A stretch of 64,000 nucleotides of DNA from assembly GCF_009914755.1 (NCBI RefSeq), contig NC_060947.1. The stretch is one strand, 5' to 3'. This document shows positions 50,673 to 64,000 of this stretch, piece after piece. This stretch comes from the human T2T-CHM13v2.0 reference genome, Homo sapiens. The notes under the pieces were generated by a model. The model made no database searches, was not told the DNA's origin, and saw only the letters and a program-made list of their open reading frames with translations. Every line of letters begins with the position of its first letter. Positions within the stretch are counted from its first letter, which is position 1. A program made the translations under genes and the position numbers.

Positions 50673-53600
50673 AATGCCCAGCATCTTCTAGTGATGAATA
50701 TGCATTTGCATCATTCATCGTATTTATCGTTACTCCTCCCAACCATCCAAAAGGAGAGTCGTGTGAATGGGGTTTGCATTGCCAGGCAATGTAATTGTTC
50801 TGTGGTGCTGCACCTTCATCTTTGTTGGGAACAAACTGGTTGACATACAGTTTAAAGGGGGACTGTAAAAAGCTCGGGAGCAGTCTCAGATATGTAACAT
50901 TATTTAGTATAAGACATATTTGGCATTTCCAATCCGTGCATTCAGATGCATGGTTCTAGAAATGAGACAGGTGCATGTATATACGGTTTGATAGAAATTG
51001 AAGTTCAATACTTTCCCCATAGCAAATTATTTAATATTAATTAAAACATCAACAAAACAATACAGCATAAAACTGCGTATATATCACAGTTCTATGAAAT
51101 GTCAATGCAGTACATTTGCACGTGGGCAAGCAAACAAAAAATAAGGGAATGAAGTTCAGGAAAATGTTAACAGTTCTTTTTCCAGCGATGATGGGATCGT
51201 TGGTTATTGATATTTTCATCTCTATAATTAACTGTATTTTAATCATTTGGTAAAATGAGTATATGTTTATGGTAGAATAAACCTTCAGCTTCTAAAATTT
51301 TTGTTACTAATCCAACATATCAAATATGCAAAATGTTATAGAGAGCTATAAAATGAACACTTGTGTATCCACTAACCAGGTTAAGCAATAAACTTGACGA
51401 ATGTTTGAGCCCATCCCCTCATTTCACTTGTCCTTCCTTTACTCCTCAGATGTAACTCATAACCAGAACGTGGTGTTTATATTCCCCATAAATTGTTTCA
51501 TAATTTTATCGTGAATAAAAGCATTCTTAAAGTATTATATATATGTTGTATGCATATATTTTCATACTGTAGGTGTCTTTATTCTCCTTATAATCATGAT
51601 CTGAAATTTCGTTTTTCATACGAATATATGGTCTGATTCTTATAGGTCTAGGGTATTTATTTTCATGGTTATAGAATATTCCAATATAAGAATGAGCCAC
51701 AATGTATTTTTTTGGACTAATGGTAATGAACATTTTTGTTTTTCCTACAGCTTTGCTCTCACAGACAATGCTGAAGGTACCACGATTACAGATGAGGCCA
51801 TGTACGGACATGCCAGATATTCTCTAGTTTCTTGCTACTCAAAGTGTGATCCATGAAATAGTAGCTTCAGCATTACCTGGTATATTAGGGATCCACCAAG
51901 AAACAGAACCAGCAAGGGGTGTGTGTGTGTGTGTGTGTGTGTGTGTCTTGTTTGTGTGTGTGTGTGTGTGCACTTTTTTAGAAATTGGCTCCCGTGAACC
52001 TGGAGCCTGGAAAGCATGCAGGGAAGGCTGGCAGGCTGGAGACCCAATGAAGAGCTGCAGTTCAAGTCTGAAGGCATTTTGCTGGCAGAATTCCCTCTTC
52101 CTCAAGGCAGGTAAATCTTTTTACTCCTGAAGGCCTTCAACTGATTGGATAAGGCCAACCCACATTGTGCAGGGTAATCTGCTTTACTCAAAGTCTACAG
52201 ATCTAAATGGCAATCTCATCTAAAAATACCTTCACAGAAGGTATTTTTAGAATAATGGAAGGCATTTGGAATAATGTTGGACCAAATATCTAGGTTCGTG
52301 CTCTTGGATGTGGCCATTGAAGGGGAGAAGGGTTCATATCCAACCACTGGCTTTCTCCAGCACAGGGGTAACAGGAGGGTGGGATCATAAGGAGTGCTGC
52401 ATGGAGGGGAATTCTGAGATCATTAATGGAATGATGCCATTAAGGCCTCATGAGCAGACAACTAGGATGAATGGAATCCATGTTTGCAAAGATCAGCAGC
52501 AGTTATGCAGTAGGGCTGAGGGCAGGAGCTATAGGCAGGAACCCTGGGGTAAGGGAATCAGTTGGAGGCAAGTTCTGGGACAAACTATTAGGAGTGCAGA
52601 CTAATACACAGGAGCCAGAGGTATTCTGAGGGAAGGCACAAAATTTACTTGGAGATGAGGGATAGAAAAGGGCATCATCAAGGCCACTCACCCTGGTGTT
52701 CCTGCAGTTGCTTCTGGACTCCTTCCACATGGAGGTTCCTGTGCTCTGATGAAGACAGGGAGGGGTCCACCACCCGCCCACACCAGCAACCTTTGTAAGA
52801 AGTGCAACTTTGCTGGGTGACTGTAATCCCAGCTACTCTTGAGGCTGAGGCTGAAGGACTGCTTGAGCCCAGGAGTTTGCACCCAGGAGTTAAGAGTCCA
52901 GCCTGGGCAACATAATGAGACCCCAACTCTAAAAAAAAGTACACCCTGTTGGAGGTGTCTATAAACTTGATGCCATCATATGCAGTGGGCAGGAAAACAA
53001 GTGACATATGGGAAATAATGCCTCTTCTCAGGGATGAGCCCTTATGAATTCCACAGCCCCAGCCTCCCTGCCACCCTATCCCTAAGGAGAGTGTGCCAAG
53101 GCCCAAGGAAAAGAACAGAGCAGTTGTGGATGGACTCTCCTGGCTGTGGCTGCCGTATGCTCCTTTCTGTCCTAATCAAAGTTTCCCCTCCACACTCCAC
53201 ACAATTAGCACATAAATGAACAATGTCAAGAATAAAAGAAAGTCATCACTGCAGATCTACATAAAATTATAGCATGATGACATGCATAGCTTTATGTTAA
53301 TGACTTTAACTAAAATGAAACGGATATTAAACTGCATCTGCATTATGATTTCTCTTATATAAAAAGTGTGCATATATATTTATGTGCACATATATATTTA
53401 TTCAATTATTTATGAGTGAATTGTTCTCAATGATTCTAAAAAATGGCTATGTCAATTTACATGCTCGGAAGCAATGTATGTGAGTACTCTTGTCTCCTCC
53501 CTCCAACTTCAGAAATAATCTTGGGAAGCCATACACTTTGCCTCACCATTTAAACTTCCAAGATTGTCTCCTAATGGACCATTTGCAGATGATGATGATG

Positions 53601-54960
53601 ATGATGATGTGTGTGTGTGTGTGTGTGTATAGAGGTAGAGCGCACGAGAGATGAGAGAGTGAGTTCAGGTGTCAGAGTTAGCATGTGCTGGGAGGATAGG
53701 ACCACAGGAAATCGTGGGAATTGGCAGGAGGATGAGTGACTGGAAGACCAGGACGTCAGAGCTGGCTAGGGAAGGAGGTCCAGGCTGTGGAAGCCTGATG
53801 ATGTAGAGAGAGGAAGCAGAGGGGCCATGTGATGGGTTCCATGGTTCCTGTCCACAAAGGAACCCTGGTAGCTCTGAGAGCCTGAGCTGAATAGACACTG
53901 TGGTTGATGGGTAACATGTGAGGCCATCTCTAGTCCCCACGATGAGGCTGAGAAGCACACATTGTAGTCTCTGCTCCCTGGGTGAGAGGACCAAGGCTTA
54001 GAGAGGTATAGGAGCTTGTCTTCGACTATTGAAGCACTACAGGGAAGAACAAGGTTGGCATATTCTTTTTGTAATGGCAACTATCCCCTTAGTTCCTAGT
54101 TTTATGAAATCCACACTCCAACATATGGTTCCCTAATGTACATGTACATAAAGAACTGAAAAGTGGCAAGTGGTAGGAAGGCGGCAAGTGGTAGGAAGTA
54201 ACGTATGCCAAACACGAAAGTGGAGGCATAATTTGTAAACTGGTGGTACTTCTCCTATGTCACCATTTATAGGACTGTGACTTGAAAACGTCACACTGCT
54301 ATTATTTTAATTTCGAAAAGTATGCCAGCTGATTGTCTAACGTGCAAGCATCACAGGAGTGTGGACAATAAATTGTGCAAACGTTTCGTTCAACTCTTGC
54401 CTGCAATTAGGAACTGCTAAATGCCAGTTGTTGAGAACTGACCATAAGGTGAGATTCTGTGCTATCGCTGTTTGTTTAGAAGTGAAAATAAATGGCTGAT
54501 CCCCTTCAAGAACATGGACATGGAGCACCCGGTGTCAGCTCTCTGAGGAGTGTGCCGGGTAGATGGGCTGAGTATCCCCCTCCCCCGCCACCCCCCGCCG
54601 CAGGTGCTACCCTGAGACGACTCCTCGAAAAGTGCACCTTTGGGAAAGGGAGGGGTCGGGACGGTGGATGGAAGCCCCTGGTGTGCCAAGGTAACATGCC
54701 TGCTTCTGTGGGCCTCCAGGTCGAGCATCTGACAGAGTCCAACTGTCTCTCAAGGCCAGTCTCTGGAAGGAGCGTGTGTCCTTTCTCATGAGGATTTACG
54801 GACAAAATTACCTATGAAGGCAAGCCAGATTCATGTATCTGCTAAGGCCAGCCAGGGATGAACAGGGATGCAGTGCTTTCAGTCCTGGTCCCGCTGGCTC
54901 ACGGCTGGGGCAGGGGAAGAGCAATCCAGGGCACACAATGTACAACGTGTAACGTCACTC

Positions 54961-54966
54961 TTTATT
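54961..54966 (-). terminator. Polyadenylation signal of NXF2B
   Basis: tttatt, mirror of 21260-21265. Confidence 0.8.
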
Positions 54967-55146
54967 ATGAAAATAAAATGGTGATCATGAGTGGGGCGAA
55001 TACACAGAGCAACTGGCTCTTTGGGTGGTTATGTCACGTGGCCTGCAAGTTAACGTTGGCTTCCTGGTCAGCCAGGCCTTAGGCTGGTGAAAAGAGGAAA
55101 CAAAGAGGATGTGAACGAAGACAAAGAAGACATCGGAGGGCTCCTT

Positions 55147-58100
55147 TTAGGAGATTTGCTTGAAGGCCTCTGCGGGGATCTTGCCCTCGGTCTAGAGAAA
55201 GTAAAGAAAAGGAGTTGGGATGTTAGTAGAGCCAGGTGCACTGGGTTCCATCCCCACACTACCTGGCCTCCATCTTCTTGGCCCTCCTGACGACCCAGAG
55301 ACAGCTGTCTTTTACCCACTTGATTCCCAGACCTCACCTGGAGCATAGTGAAGGCCTGGCCAGCTCTAGTGTAGTTCCACTCATTGTCCTGAAGGCACCT
55401 GGGGTGGGAGAAGAACAGGTGCTCTCCATTACTAGCCCAGGACAGACACGCTGACTATGCAATGCCACCCTTAATCTATGCTACCTTTTTGCTGGGTCAC
55501 ATGTACCAATATGAGCACTATTGTAACAATGAAAAAAGGCCTGGGGAAAACCAAAACGCCCATCCCTGACATTAATGCCCACTAGAATTCAAATCAGAAA
55601 CATAGCGGTATTCAAATGAACAAGGGAGCTTAATACATATTGATAAAGAAAGATGTTCAAGAAATAACAAGTGGAAATTCAATAATACGTTTCTTTTCTA
55701 TTGAGATATAATGCACATACTGTAGCAGTCACCATTTTAAGGTGTACAATTCAGTGCTTTTAAGTCTATTCACAAGATTGTGCAACCATCACACCTATCT
55801 AATTCCAAACTGTTTTTATCACCTCAAAAAGAAACTCCTTAACTGTTAGAGATCACTCCCTGTTCTCCCTCTTCCCCAGATCTTGGCAACCACTACTCTG
55901 CTTTCGGTCTCTACGGATCTGGCTATTCTGAACACTTCGTATGAATGGAATCATATAATTATGTGGCTTTTTGTGACTGGGTGCTCCCACTTAGCACATA
56001 ATGTTTTCAGGGTTCATCCACGTCATAGCATATATCACAACTACATCCTTTTTTGTGGATGAATAATATTCTAATAATATTCCACCGTATGGATGTACCA
56101 CATTATCCATTCATCAGCTGAAGGTCAATCCATGTGTTTCCATTTTTTGGCTATTTGGAATAATGCCACTACGGAAATTCATGTGCAAGTTGTTGAATGG
56201 GCATATATTTTCATTTCTTTTGGTATACACTTAGGAGTGGGATTACTGGATCATGTGGTAACTCCATGTTTAAGATTTTGAGGAACTGCCAAAATCTTTT
56301 TGCCAGCAACTGCTCCACTTTATGTTCCCAGTAGTAATACATGAGATTTCCAATTTCTCTGCATTCTCACCGACATTTGTCATGTTTCCTTTTATGGACT
56401 AAAGCTAGCGTAGTGGGTATGAAGTGGTAACTCACTGTGGTTTCGATATGCGTTTCCCTAATGACTAACGATGTTGAGAAGATTTTCACGTGCTTCTTGG
56501 TCATTTGTATATCTCCTTTGGAGAAACATCTATTCAAATCATTTCCCCATTTTTTAATTCGGTGGCTTGTCTGTTTGTTGTTGAGTTGTAAGGGTTCTTC
56601 TTGTCGGCGATGTGATTTGCAAATATTTTCCCTTGTTCCCACCAGTCGGTTTTCCGCTTTCTTGATAGTGTCTGCTGATGCACAAAAGCTTTTAATTTAG
56701 ATGAAGTCCAATTTACCTATTTTTTCTTTGGTTGCTTGTGCTTTTGGTTTCATATGTAAGAAATGGTTGCCTAATTCAAGGTAATGAAGATGTACACTTA
56801 CAGTGTTTTACAGTTCTGGCTCTTATTTTAGGTCATTGATCCATTTTCTGCCAGTGTTTGCACGTGATGTGAGTTAGGGGTCAAAATTAATTGTTTTGCA
56901 AGTGGATATCCACTTCTCCCAGCACCATTTGTTAAGAAGACTATTTTTTTTCTCCATTGGATTTTTTCAGCACCCTGAATGATAATCAACTGGACATAAA
57001 TACGTGAGATTATCTGTGGACTCTCAATTATATTCCATTGATTCCCACGTCTGTTCCTATGTCGGTACCATACAGTCTTGATTAATGTAGTTTTGTAGCA
57101 AGTTCTGAAATCGGGAAGTGTGAGTCTTCTAACGTTGTTCTTCTCTTTCAAGATGGTTTTGGCTGTTTGGGGTCCACTGCATTTCCACATGAATTTTGGG
57201 ATTACCTTGTCAATTTCTGCAAAGAAGTCAGTTGGGATTCTGTCAGGGACTGCAATGAATCTGTAGATTGTTCTGGGTGGTACTGCCATCGTAATGATAT
57301 TAAGTCTTCCAATCTATGAACGTGGGATGCCTTTCCACGTATTTAGGTCTTCTTTAATTTTTTTCAGCAATGTTTTGCAGATTTCAGAGTACAAGATTTG
57401 CGCTTCTTCTCTTAATTTTGTTCCTACATACTTTCTTCTTTTCGATGCTACTGTAGATGGACTTATTTTCTTAATTTCATTTTTTTGGATTGTCCATTGC
57501 AACTACATAGAAGTACAAATGATTTTTGTATATTGTATCTTTCAACCTTGCTGACCTGGTTTATCAGTAGTTTATTGTGGTTGATTCTTTCAGATTTTAC
57601 AAATGGAAGGTAATGTCATTTGGGCATTATGCCATTTAAAAAAATATTTACATATACCAGTATAAAAGTATGATACCTTTTTCATGGACCCACTTTTTTT
57701 GGAAGCAAAATACCCAGATAGTTATTTTTCCAAATTGCATGTGAGTTTCCATTACTCATTCCTCTGATGTCCCAACAGCCCCCATCCCCATGTACTCCCA
57801 GCACTCACTTCTGAGACCACTCCAGTTTCATCCCAGACTGGGCAGAGAAAGCCTGCACCATTTCCTGCTGCTCCTGGGAGAGGGAGGGCTCAGAGCTGGA
57901 GGAGAGTGTGGACACTGGGATGGAGAAGGCACTCTGAGTCTCTTGGGGGCTGGCATCCCTCACAAACAGCTCGTCATTCACGATGCACAGACTGGAGGAA
58001 AGAAAAATGCACCCTCAAACTGGACAAGTAGATAACTCCGCACCCCCAACAACAGGATCCTTCTTAACCACTGCCACTCAACAACCAAATTCCTTCCATA

Positions 58101-61100
58101 TCCCTAACTGTGCCTGCCTCCCAGATTTTTTGGCTGGTACCCTCTAACCCTCCCACAGAGTCCACCTTTGGAGGGACTGTCTACCAGCTTCACTAGATTT
58201 TTAGATCCAACCCCAACGCATTTACCCTGTACAACAGCCCAAGGAAGTGGATAGTCTTATTCCAATTTTCAGAAAAAGGCACTGAATCACAGAGTGGTCG
58301 AATAAGTTGATCAAGGTCACACAGTTTGTGAGTGTTGGAGTGAGGAACAGAATCTGTATTCTGACTCCAGGGCCCACACTCTTAAACACTAGGCTAGACT
58401 GCTCCTTGGATCTTCCTGTCGGCCTTCCACAATATTGAGAACACCCGGAGGACTGCACCCACCACATTTCCACAACACTGGCCCCAAGCTTGGATGGGTG
58501 CTCCCACCCACAACACAGCACTAACCTGGAACTGCTGCCAGGGGTAGCAATGAAGGTCCGGGTGAAGGCGAGAACAGAACCCTGAGACTGTCCTTCCACT
58601 TCAAAGACAACAAACACCACCACCTTAGAGTTGCACAGGCTTTAACATGCTCACACGGTGATCCCCAGTCAGAGTATTGCTTGACACTCACACAGAAGGG
58701 GGGGAGGGGGCAGACCAGGACAATTGTTCACTTGGAGTCAGGCGGATGTGGCAGGAATGGGGAGGGCAGCAACAGGAACAATCCGCTCCCAGTGACAGGG
58801 CCCCTATCATGTGTGGGGCCCTGGGAAAACCACAAGTTCACTTAATTCCTATTTCACAGTAGCCCAAGAGATAGATTATTAGCCCCATTTTGCAAATGAG
58901 GAAACTGAAGGGTTAAGTAACCAGCACAAGTTCACAGAGTAAGGACCTGGGATGAGAGCTGTCAAACTCCACAGTCTGTGTCCTTAACGCACGCCTGAGC
59001 TGTGCAGGGCAGACAGGCATGGACCTAGGTCAGATCAGGGTGGTTTGAAGGCAGAGTGGGGGTGGGAAAACACGGAAGAAAGAAGAGGAAGGAAAGGAAA
59101 GGAACGAAAGCAGGGAAGCTGGGGGAGTTCTGAGAGGGAGCCCAGCCAGGGGGAGGGAGCAGTGGGGGATCTGGGGAGGGGACTATACAGACACTCACCT
59201 TCCTTGAAAACCCCATTGACAGAAAAGCAGAGCATCCTTTCCTGAAAAGGAAGCGCTCAGGTGCTCAGGATCCTCCTTAACCTCCTACCCACCTCTGGCT
59301 CTCTGGGCCTGCCCAAGGGAGGAAGCAGGTGCTCACCGTCTGGCACCACACGTCCACCAGGATGGAGCTGAGGTCATGCTGAGTTTTGGGCAACGCACTG
59401 AGGGAGTCCACAATGTCACGTTTTGTGCGCCTCAGCAGTTCCCCCTTCAGGTCTGTAGAGGAGAGGAGAAGCAAGGAATGGCAGGGTGGGCGGGGCAGGG
59501 CGGGGGGCTACCACATCCTGGTCCTTGGCCCCTGTGATTGTTCCCATCACACCCCCTTACCTTGCCCACTCTTCCCCATCACACACTTACAGGGGTCCTT
59601 GAGTGTTTTCATATTCCTGCTATCCTCAAAGTACTTGCACAAGCTGCTCCTAGGAGAAAAAGAGGAGCAGGAGTGGGTGGTCCGGCCAGTGTGGGCATTT
59701 CCAGGAGTTGGCCTGTGTCTGCTGGGGAGACACACAGCCCCAGAGCAGGGTCTGAGCCGTGATACTCACGGGGCTGAGTCCTTGGGGTCGAAGGGAATAG
59801 CCAAGGAGAAGCAGGCCTCATCGTGGTAAGCACCGAGGAGACCCTGTCGATCTCCAGAGTCATAGATCGAGTAATACCTGTGGGGAAGCAGTGAGGATAG
59901 GCTATCTCTGTGGCCTGGGCCCCAGATGAGACTTGAAAACTCCCAGGCTGCACGGGTGGCCCAGCCTGTCTCAGCCCTCCCCTTCCTCATGGTCCCAGGG
60001 ATACTCACTGCTGCAGGAATTGCAGGACTAAATGCTTTAGGGTCTCAGATCCAGTAAAGTTTTCCTGAAATCAAAAGACAATTTGGATCTATGCGGTGGA
60101 CAAAGCCTCCCTTACAGCAACCCAAATCTTGCTTGGTCCTTCTTCCTCACCTTGCAGGGTTTCATTGTCTCAGAGCTGTCAATGTCAACAATCACTGGTG
60201 CGGATAACTCTCGGCCGTCCTGGAGAAGGAAAGAGGAAGTCAGCAGTGGAGACCAAGGAGATGGAGCTGGATGATCGATAAGATGAACATGCCCAGGGAG
60301 ACAAGCATCAGAGGCTAGGTGGGAAATGGCCCTGGAAATTCCAGTGGGTGGCTTTCTCATGGGGTGCTGGACATCTCTACTATCACATGCAAATGTGTGT
60401 GTGGGGGGGGGGTGGCGGCGGGGGGACACATTTTCCAGGGAGAATATTCTTGTCTTTTTCAGGAATCCATGCCTGTAAAATGGATGAGGGTCTGATACAA
60501 GCATGTAATCTAGGCAAGACCCAAAGGACTTGAGGGCAGGCGTGGAGGTCCTTTTCTTGAGTAAGAGGAGACAATGATGACGGTATTATACATACTTACC
60601 AGGCGTAACAACTTGGGGAAACAATCCCGGATGGCACTGTCCAAAACCAAAAATTGAATGAAGTGACTGACAGTTCAGGGTTGCACAGTCTCTCTCCCAC
60701 TCCCTCTCACACTCCTCCCTCTCCTTCCTCCTGGTTAGCTTCCATCTAGACTGTCCTGACTCCCTTTTCTCCAGTGCTACAAGAAGCAGCACTGGGAGCC
60801 CAGGCTCCAGGGCTTTCTTCCTCTCCCTCCCTCCCCTTTGCCCAAGTCACCATGGAAGGCTCTGCAGGGAGCAGGAAATGGGGTGGGAGCCCAGGGCTCT
60901 GCCACCTCACTGGCTGTCCATCAACCTGCCTGACCAGGCCCTGGCCAAGACCAGGTCAGCCCTTAGGGATGGCCCAGGATGCTGGGACACGGAGGTGAGT
61001 GAGGCCGGACTCAGGAGGCAGGAAGCGGAAGGCAGGGGGGACAACAACAGAAACGGGGTGAAGGTAGGGGAGGGACGGATGGGTGAGACATAGGAGAGGA

Positions 61101-63825
61101 GAGACAAGGGAGAAACAGGATGCAATGCAAAGGGAAGGGAAAGACTCTCTACTGCGGAGGTGGAGTTCAGGGAGGAGAAGAGGAGAAAAGGGCTCCCCTG
61201 CTGCAGCCCTTTCCCTCACTGCTCCCTGGCTGGCCCTGGGGACCGAGGCAGGAAAGGAAAACATGCGCCTGTTGGGCTGGGGCCCACTGGATGCAGCTGG
61301 AGCCTTCCTCACCTGTGTGAGCTCAGTCTGAGCTGGGCATGGGAAACAGAGCAGCCACGGGGACAGGAGACCTTCTCCCGGGAGGAGTGAAGAGTCAGGC
61401 CCCAGCTCAGCATGGGGTTCAGAGTCTGGGGACCCCCTCTCCAGACCACTGCATTCTCTTCTGATGGTCCCTGACTCCTGTGCCCCTCTGTGCTGACGCC
61501 TTGACCGAGGAATGCTACCCATCTCGGGCTACCCAGGGCTCCTCTGAGGGCCCAGGCAGGACGATGTGAGGTGGAGAAGGAGGGAAGGTGGGGCAGTGCC
61601 CTGAGAGGCCTGTCCTTCTGTCTTCTCAACCTCCTCTGCCCTCTGCCTTCCACTCCTGCCTCAGGAACGTGGCCCGCTTCTGGCCCCTTGACGTAGGAAA
61701 CCCAGGTTTCTCCCCAAGGAGGGCCCAGCTCCTGGCATTGGGCCAGAGGAAGAGATGGCATGACAGCAGCCACCCGGGGCCCCAGCCCTCAGTATGGGGC
61801 AGGGAAGCCCCCATGCCAGCCCAGGACAGGTGGGGGGACCTTTTTGGAGCAAGAGAAGGAGAACCCCTCTTGGGACAGGGGAGGGAAGCCCCATCGCAGC
61901 ATGGAGGCAGGAAGGCCTGTCTCAGCATGAAGCCCCGGACTAAAGGACTCTTCTCGGTCCAGGGCACCAGCATCTGAATACTGCTGGTCCTGGGGAGGTG
62001 GGGGAGCCCCACTTCCTGGAGCACACTCACAGAGGGCACACTGGAGGAGGCTTGGTGGAGACAGGCGGGAAACACACCCCAGAGCAGGTGAAAAGGGGAC
62101 CATGTCAGAGGAAGGAAAGGAGACCTCTAAGCACAGATGAGTGAGTGACAGAGAGAGAGGAGAGAGAGAGAGAGAGAGAGAGAGTAGGAAGGGAGGTCTG
62201 TGGTCCTCCCAGAGGACCAAGGCTGCTTCTTCCTGCAGAAGGGCACCTTCAGACACAGCTCAGTCACCCAGGGAGCAAAGGTGCCCAGGAAGGGTGACCG
62301 GGGTTGCCACTGACCTTACATAGGCGGACTGGTCCGAGAAGGTGCTGCACAACGGGTTCCCTTCTAGCCATAGCTCTTCGAGCTTCAGCCCTTTCACCTT
62401 GCCCAACTCCCACGCCGACTCCAGCTAAGAAAGATGGGGAGGAAACTGGAGAAGGAGGGCCAGGGAAAGAGAGACACCCAGGACCCTGGGCCCTGAATTC
62501 CCCCGGCCCTCATAGTCACCCACAGGTGCCACTGCCTGGCTGTTGCCATTATCCTGATGTGTCCTGCCCTCCACCCAAAGTTGATCTGGCTCCCCCTTCT
62601 CACCTTATTTTTGGAGAGATTCAGGGTCTTGACTTTGGGAGCCTTCTCTGTAATGTCAGAAAGGCCATCCAGCTGGTACAGCTTGTTGTTGCACAAGTTC
62701 AAAGACAACAGCTTTGGGTCAAGAAGAGTTAGAGTGGCGGCTACTATCTTGGGCCTCAGAGACAAATCTGCCCTCCACCTTATCCCTTCCACCCCTCTAA
62801 CTAAATACCAGCACTGAGCCTAAGGCTTCACCTCAGGGAAATTTCTTTCAATGATCTTCAGGGTGGCAGCCATGCAGTTTCTTCGATTCAGGATTATATC
62901 AATGTCACGGCCCATCAAGTCTTGAAGAAGCCAAGAGAAGGGAATCGGAAGGCTGGGAGGGCCCTGGCTGGACCAGAGCCAGCCCCAACCCCTCTGTAAA
63001 TTGCCATTCCTAAGTCTCCCTCCCAGGCAGACCTCTCTGCCCCCGCTTGTCTTAGAATTGCTGCTGTCAGCCTTACCTGGGTCAAAGCGGAGATTCTGGA
63101 GATCAAGAGCTTGCTGGGAGACATTGTACCGTTTGTTCATGGTCAGCTGCAGAGATAGAGATGAAGACAGAGGCTCTGGGGCTCTGGTGATGGTGGTGGT
63201 GGTGGTGGTGATGGTGGTGGTGGTGGTGGTGGTGGTGGTGGTGGTGGTGGTGACAGGGAAAGAGGGGGCCAGGGGAAGAAGAGGTGGGTCCAGGAAGCAG
63301 GCATACAATGATCCTTGAGTCTGTATTACCTTTAGCATCTCCATTTGGCCTGGCTTCAACTTATTCTTCACAGAGTAGGGCGCAGTAGAATGATTGACAA
63401 ATATACATATCTGCAGGAAGGCAGGGTGGTAAGTACCAGGACCTCTAATCCCAAAGAGGATGACCAGCCCCCTGGCCTGTCCTCCTGCCCAGAGACTAAG
63501 TACAGGGCATGCCCTCGGCACACACCTTTTGGTTCTCATCATCATAAATCTTATAACTGACATCCTTCAATGCGGAGGCAGCGCTAGCATCCTGGACAAA
63601 GAAGCATGCCCGATTTCGGACGTAGTGGAACTACAGGGAGTGAAGGCAAGAGCAACAGCGTCAGAGGCCAATGGCCCCTGCTGAGCCAGGCCTCTCCCCG
63701 TCCCCCATGCCCACTCATCTGGCTTCACCATCCTCTCTTACATCAACCGGAGTGAAGCGGTCACTGCAATGGCTCTGGATTGAATTCATTAGCCATGCCT
63801 TGTCATACTTTATCCCGTAAGGAAT
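55147..63825 (-). CDS. NXF2B: Second palindromic copy of nuclear RNA export factor 2, coding exons 4-21 (5' part beyond window end)
   Basis: Mirror of the + copy (position sum 76226), with identical ORF-track translations. Exons: 63742-63825,63526-63630,63330-63410,63077-63146,62832-62920,62604-62711,62315-62424,60600-60636,60151-60219,60009-60064,59770-59877,59591-59649,59337-59452,59199-59241,58526-58598,57809-57991,55338-55398,55147-55191. Confidence 0.94.
55696..57636 (-). mobile_element. Mirror copy of the intron-19 L1
   Basis: Identical mirrored ORFs. Confidence 0.88.
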
Positions 63826-64000
63826 CTAAGGGTAAAAAGAAGAAATAGGAGGGAAGGGAGAGACAACGTGGAACTAAGGATGGAGAACAGAACCAACCAG
63901 CTGGGTTTTTTTTTTCTTTCTTTCCAACCTTCTACTTAGCTTAGATTTCTAAAGAAAGGACCGCTGACATGATTTCTTATTTTTGTGCCAAATATAGATG

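Larger units (their letters stand above)
43497..64000 (-). repeat. Right arm of palindrome (truncated by window end)
   Basis: Starts tattctaggtatt = reverse complement of aatacctagaata (32721-32733). Confidence 0.97.

Noticed and set aside
43497-64000. Possibility that the inverted duplication is an assembly artefact
   Set aside because: Unique 10.8-kb spacer, structured junctions, arm-specific variants and the known NXF2/NXF2B gene pair support a real palindrome

Overview
Human (primate) X-chromosome DNA covering the centre of the NXF2/NXF2B palindrome; the Xq22.1 location is from recall. A complete 21-coding-exon NXF2 gene on + (1651-21079, 626 aa) faces a tail-to-tail, virtually identical copy on - (coding exons 4-21 visible, 55147-63825). 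The arms mirror each other at 12226-32733 and 43497-64000 around a 10,763-bp single-copy spacer. Main unexplained signals: (1) intron 10 keeps the NXF1-type 110-nt exon/intron/37-nt exon cassette, with an 18-aa read-through tail like that of short NXF1 and a degenerate CTE-like hairpin; (2) a chain of partly phase-compatible antisense exons, probably a decayed unidentified gene, lies in the first coding intron and may continue through arm and spacer; (3) a strong extended CTCF motif sits in the invertible spacer; (4) two consecutive stop-free, frame-preserving introns, one encoding poly-Thr; (5) a Tigger3/MER52 nest split across the arm-spacer boundary records the rearrangement history. Repeat family names come from recalled consensus sequences and their boundaries are approximate.
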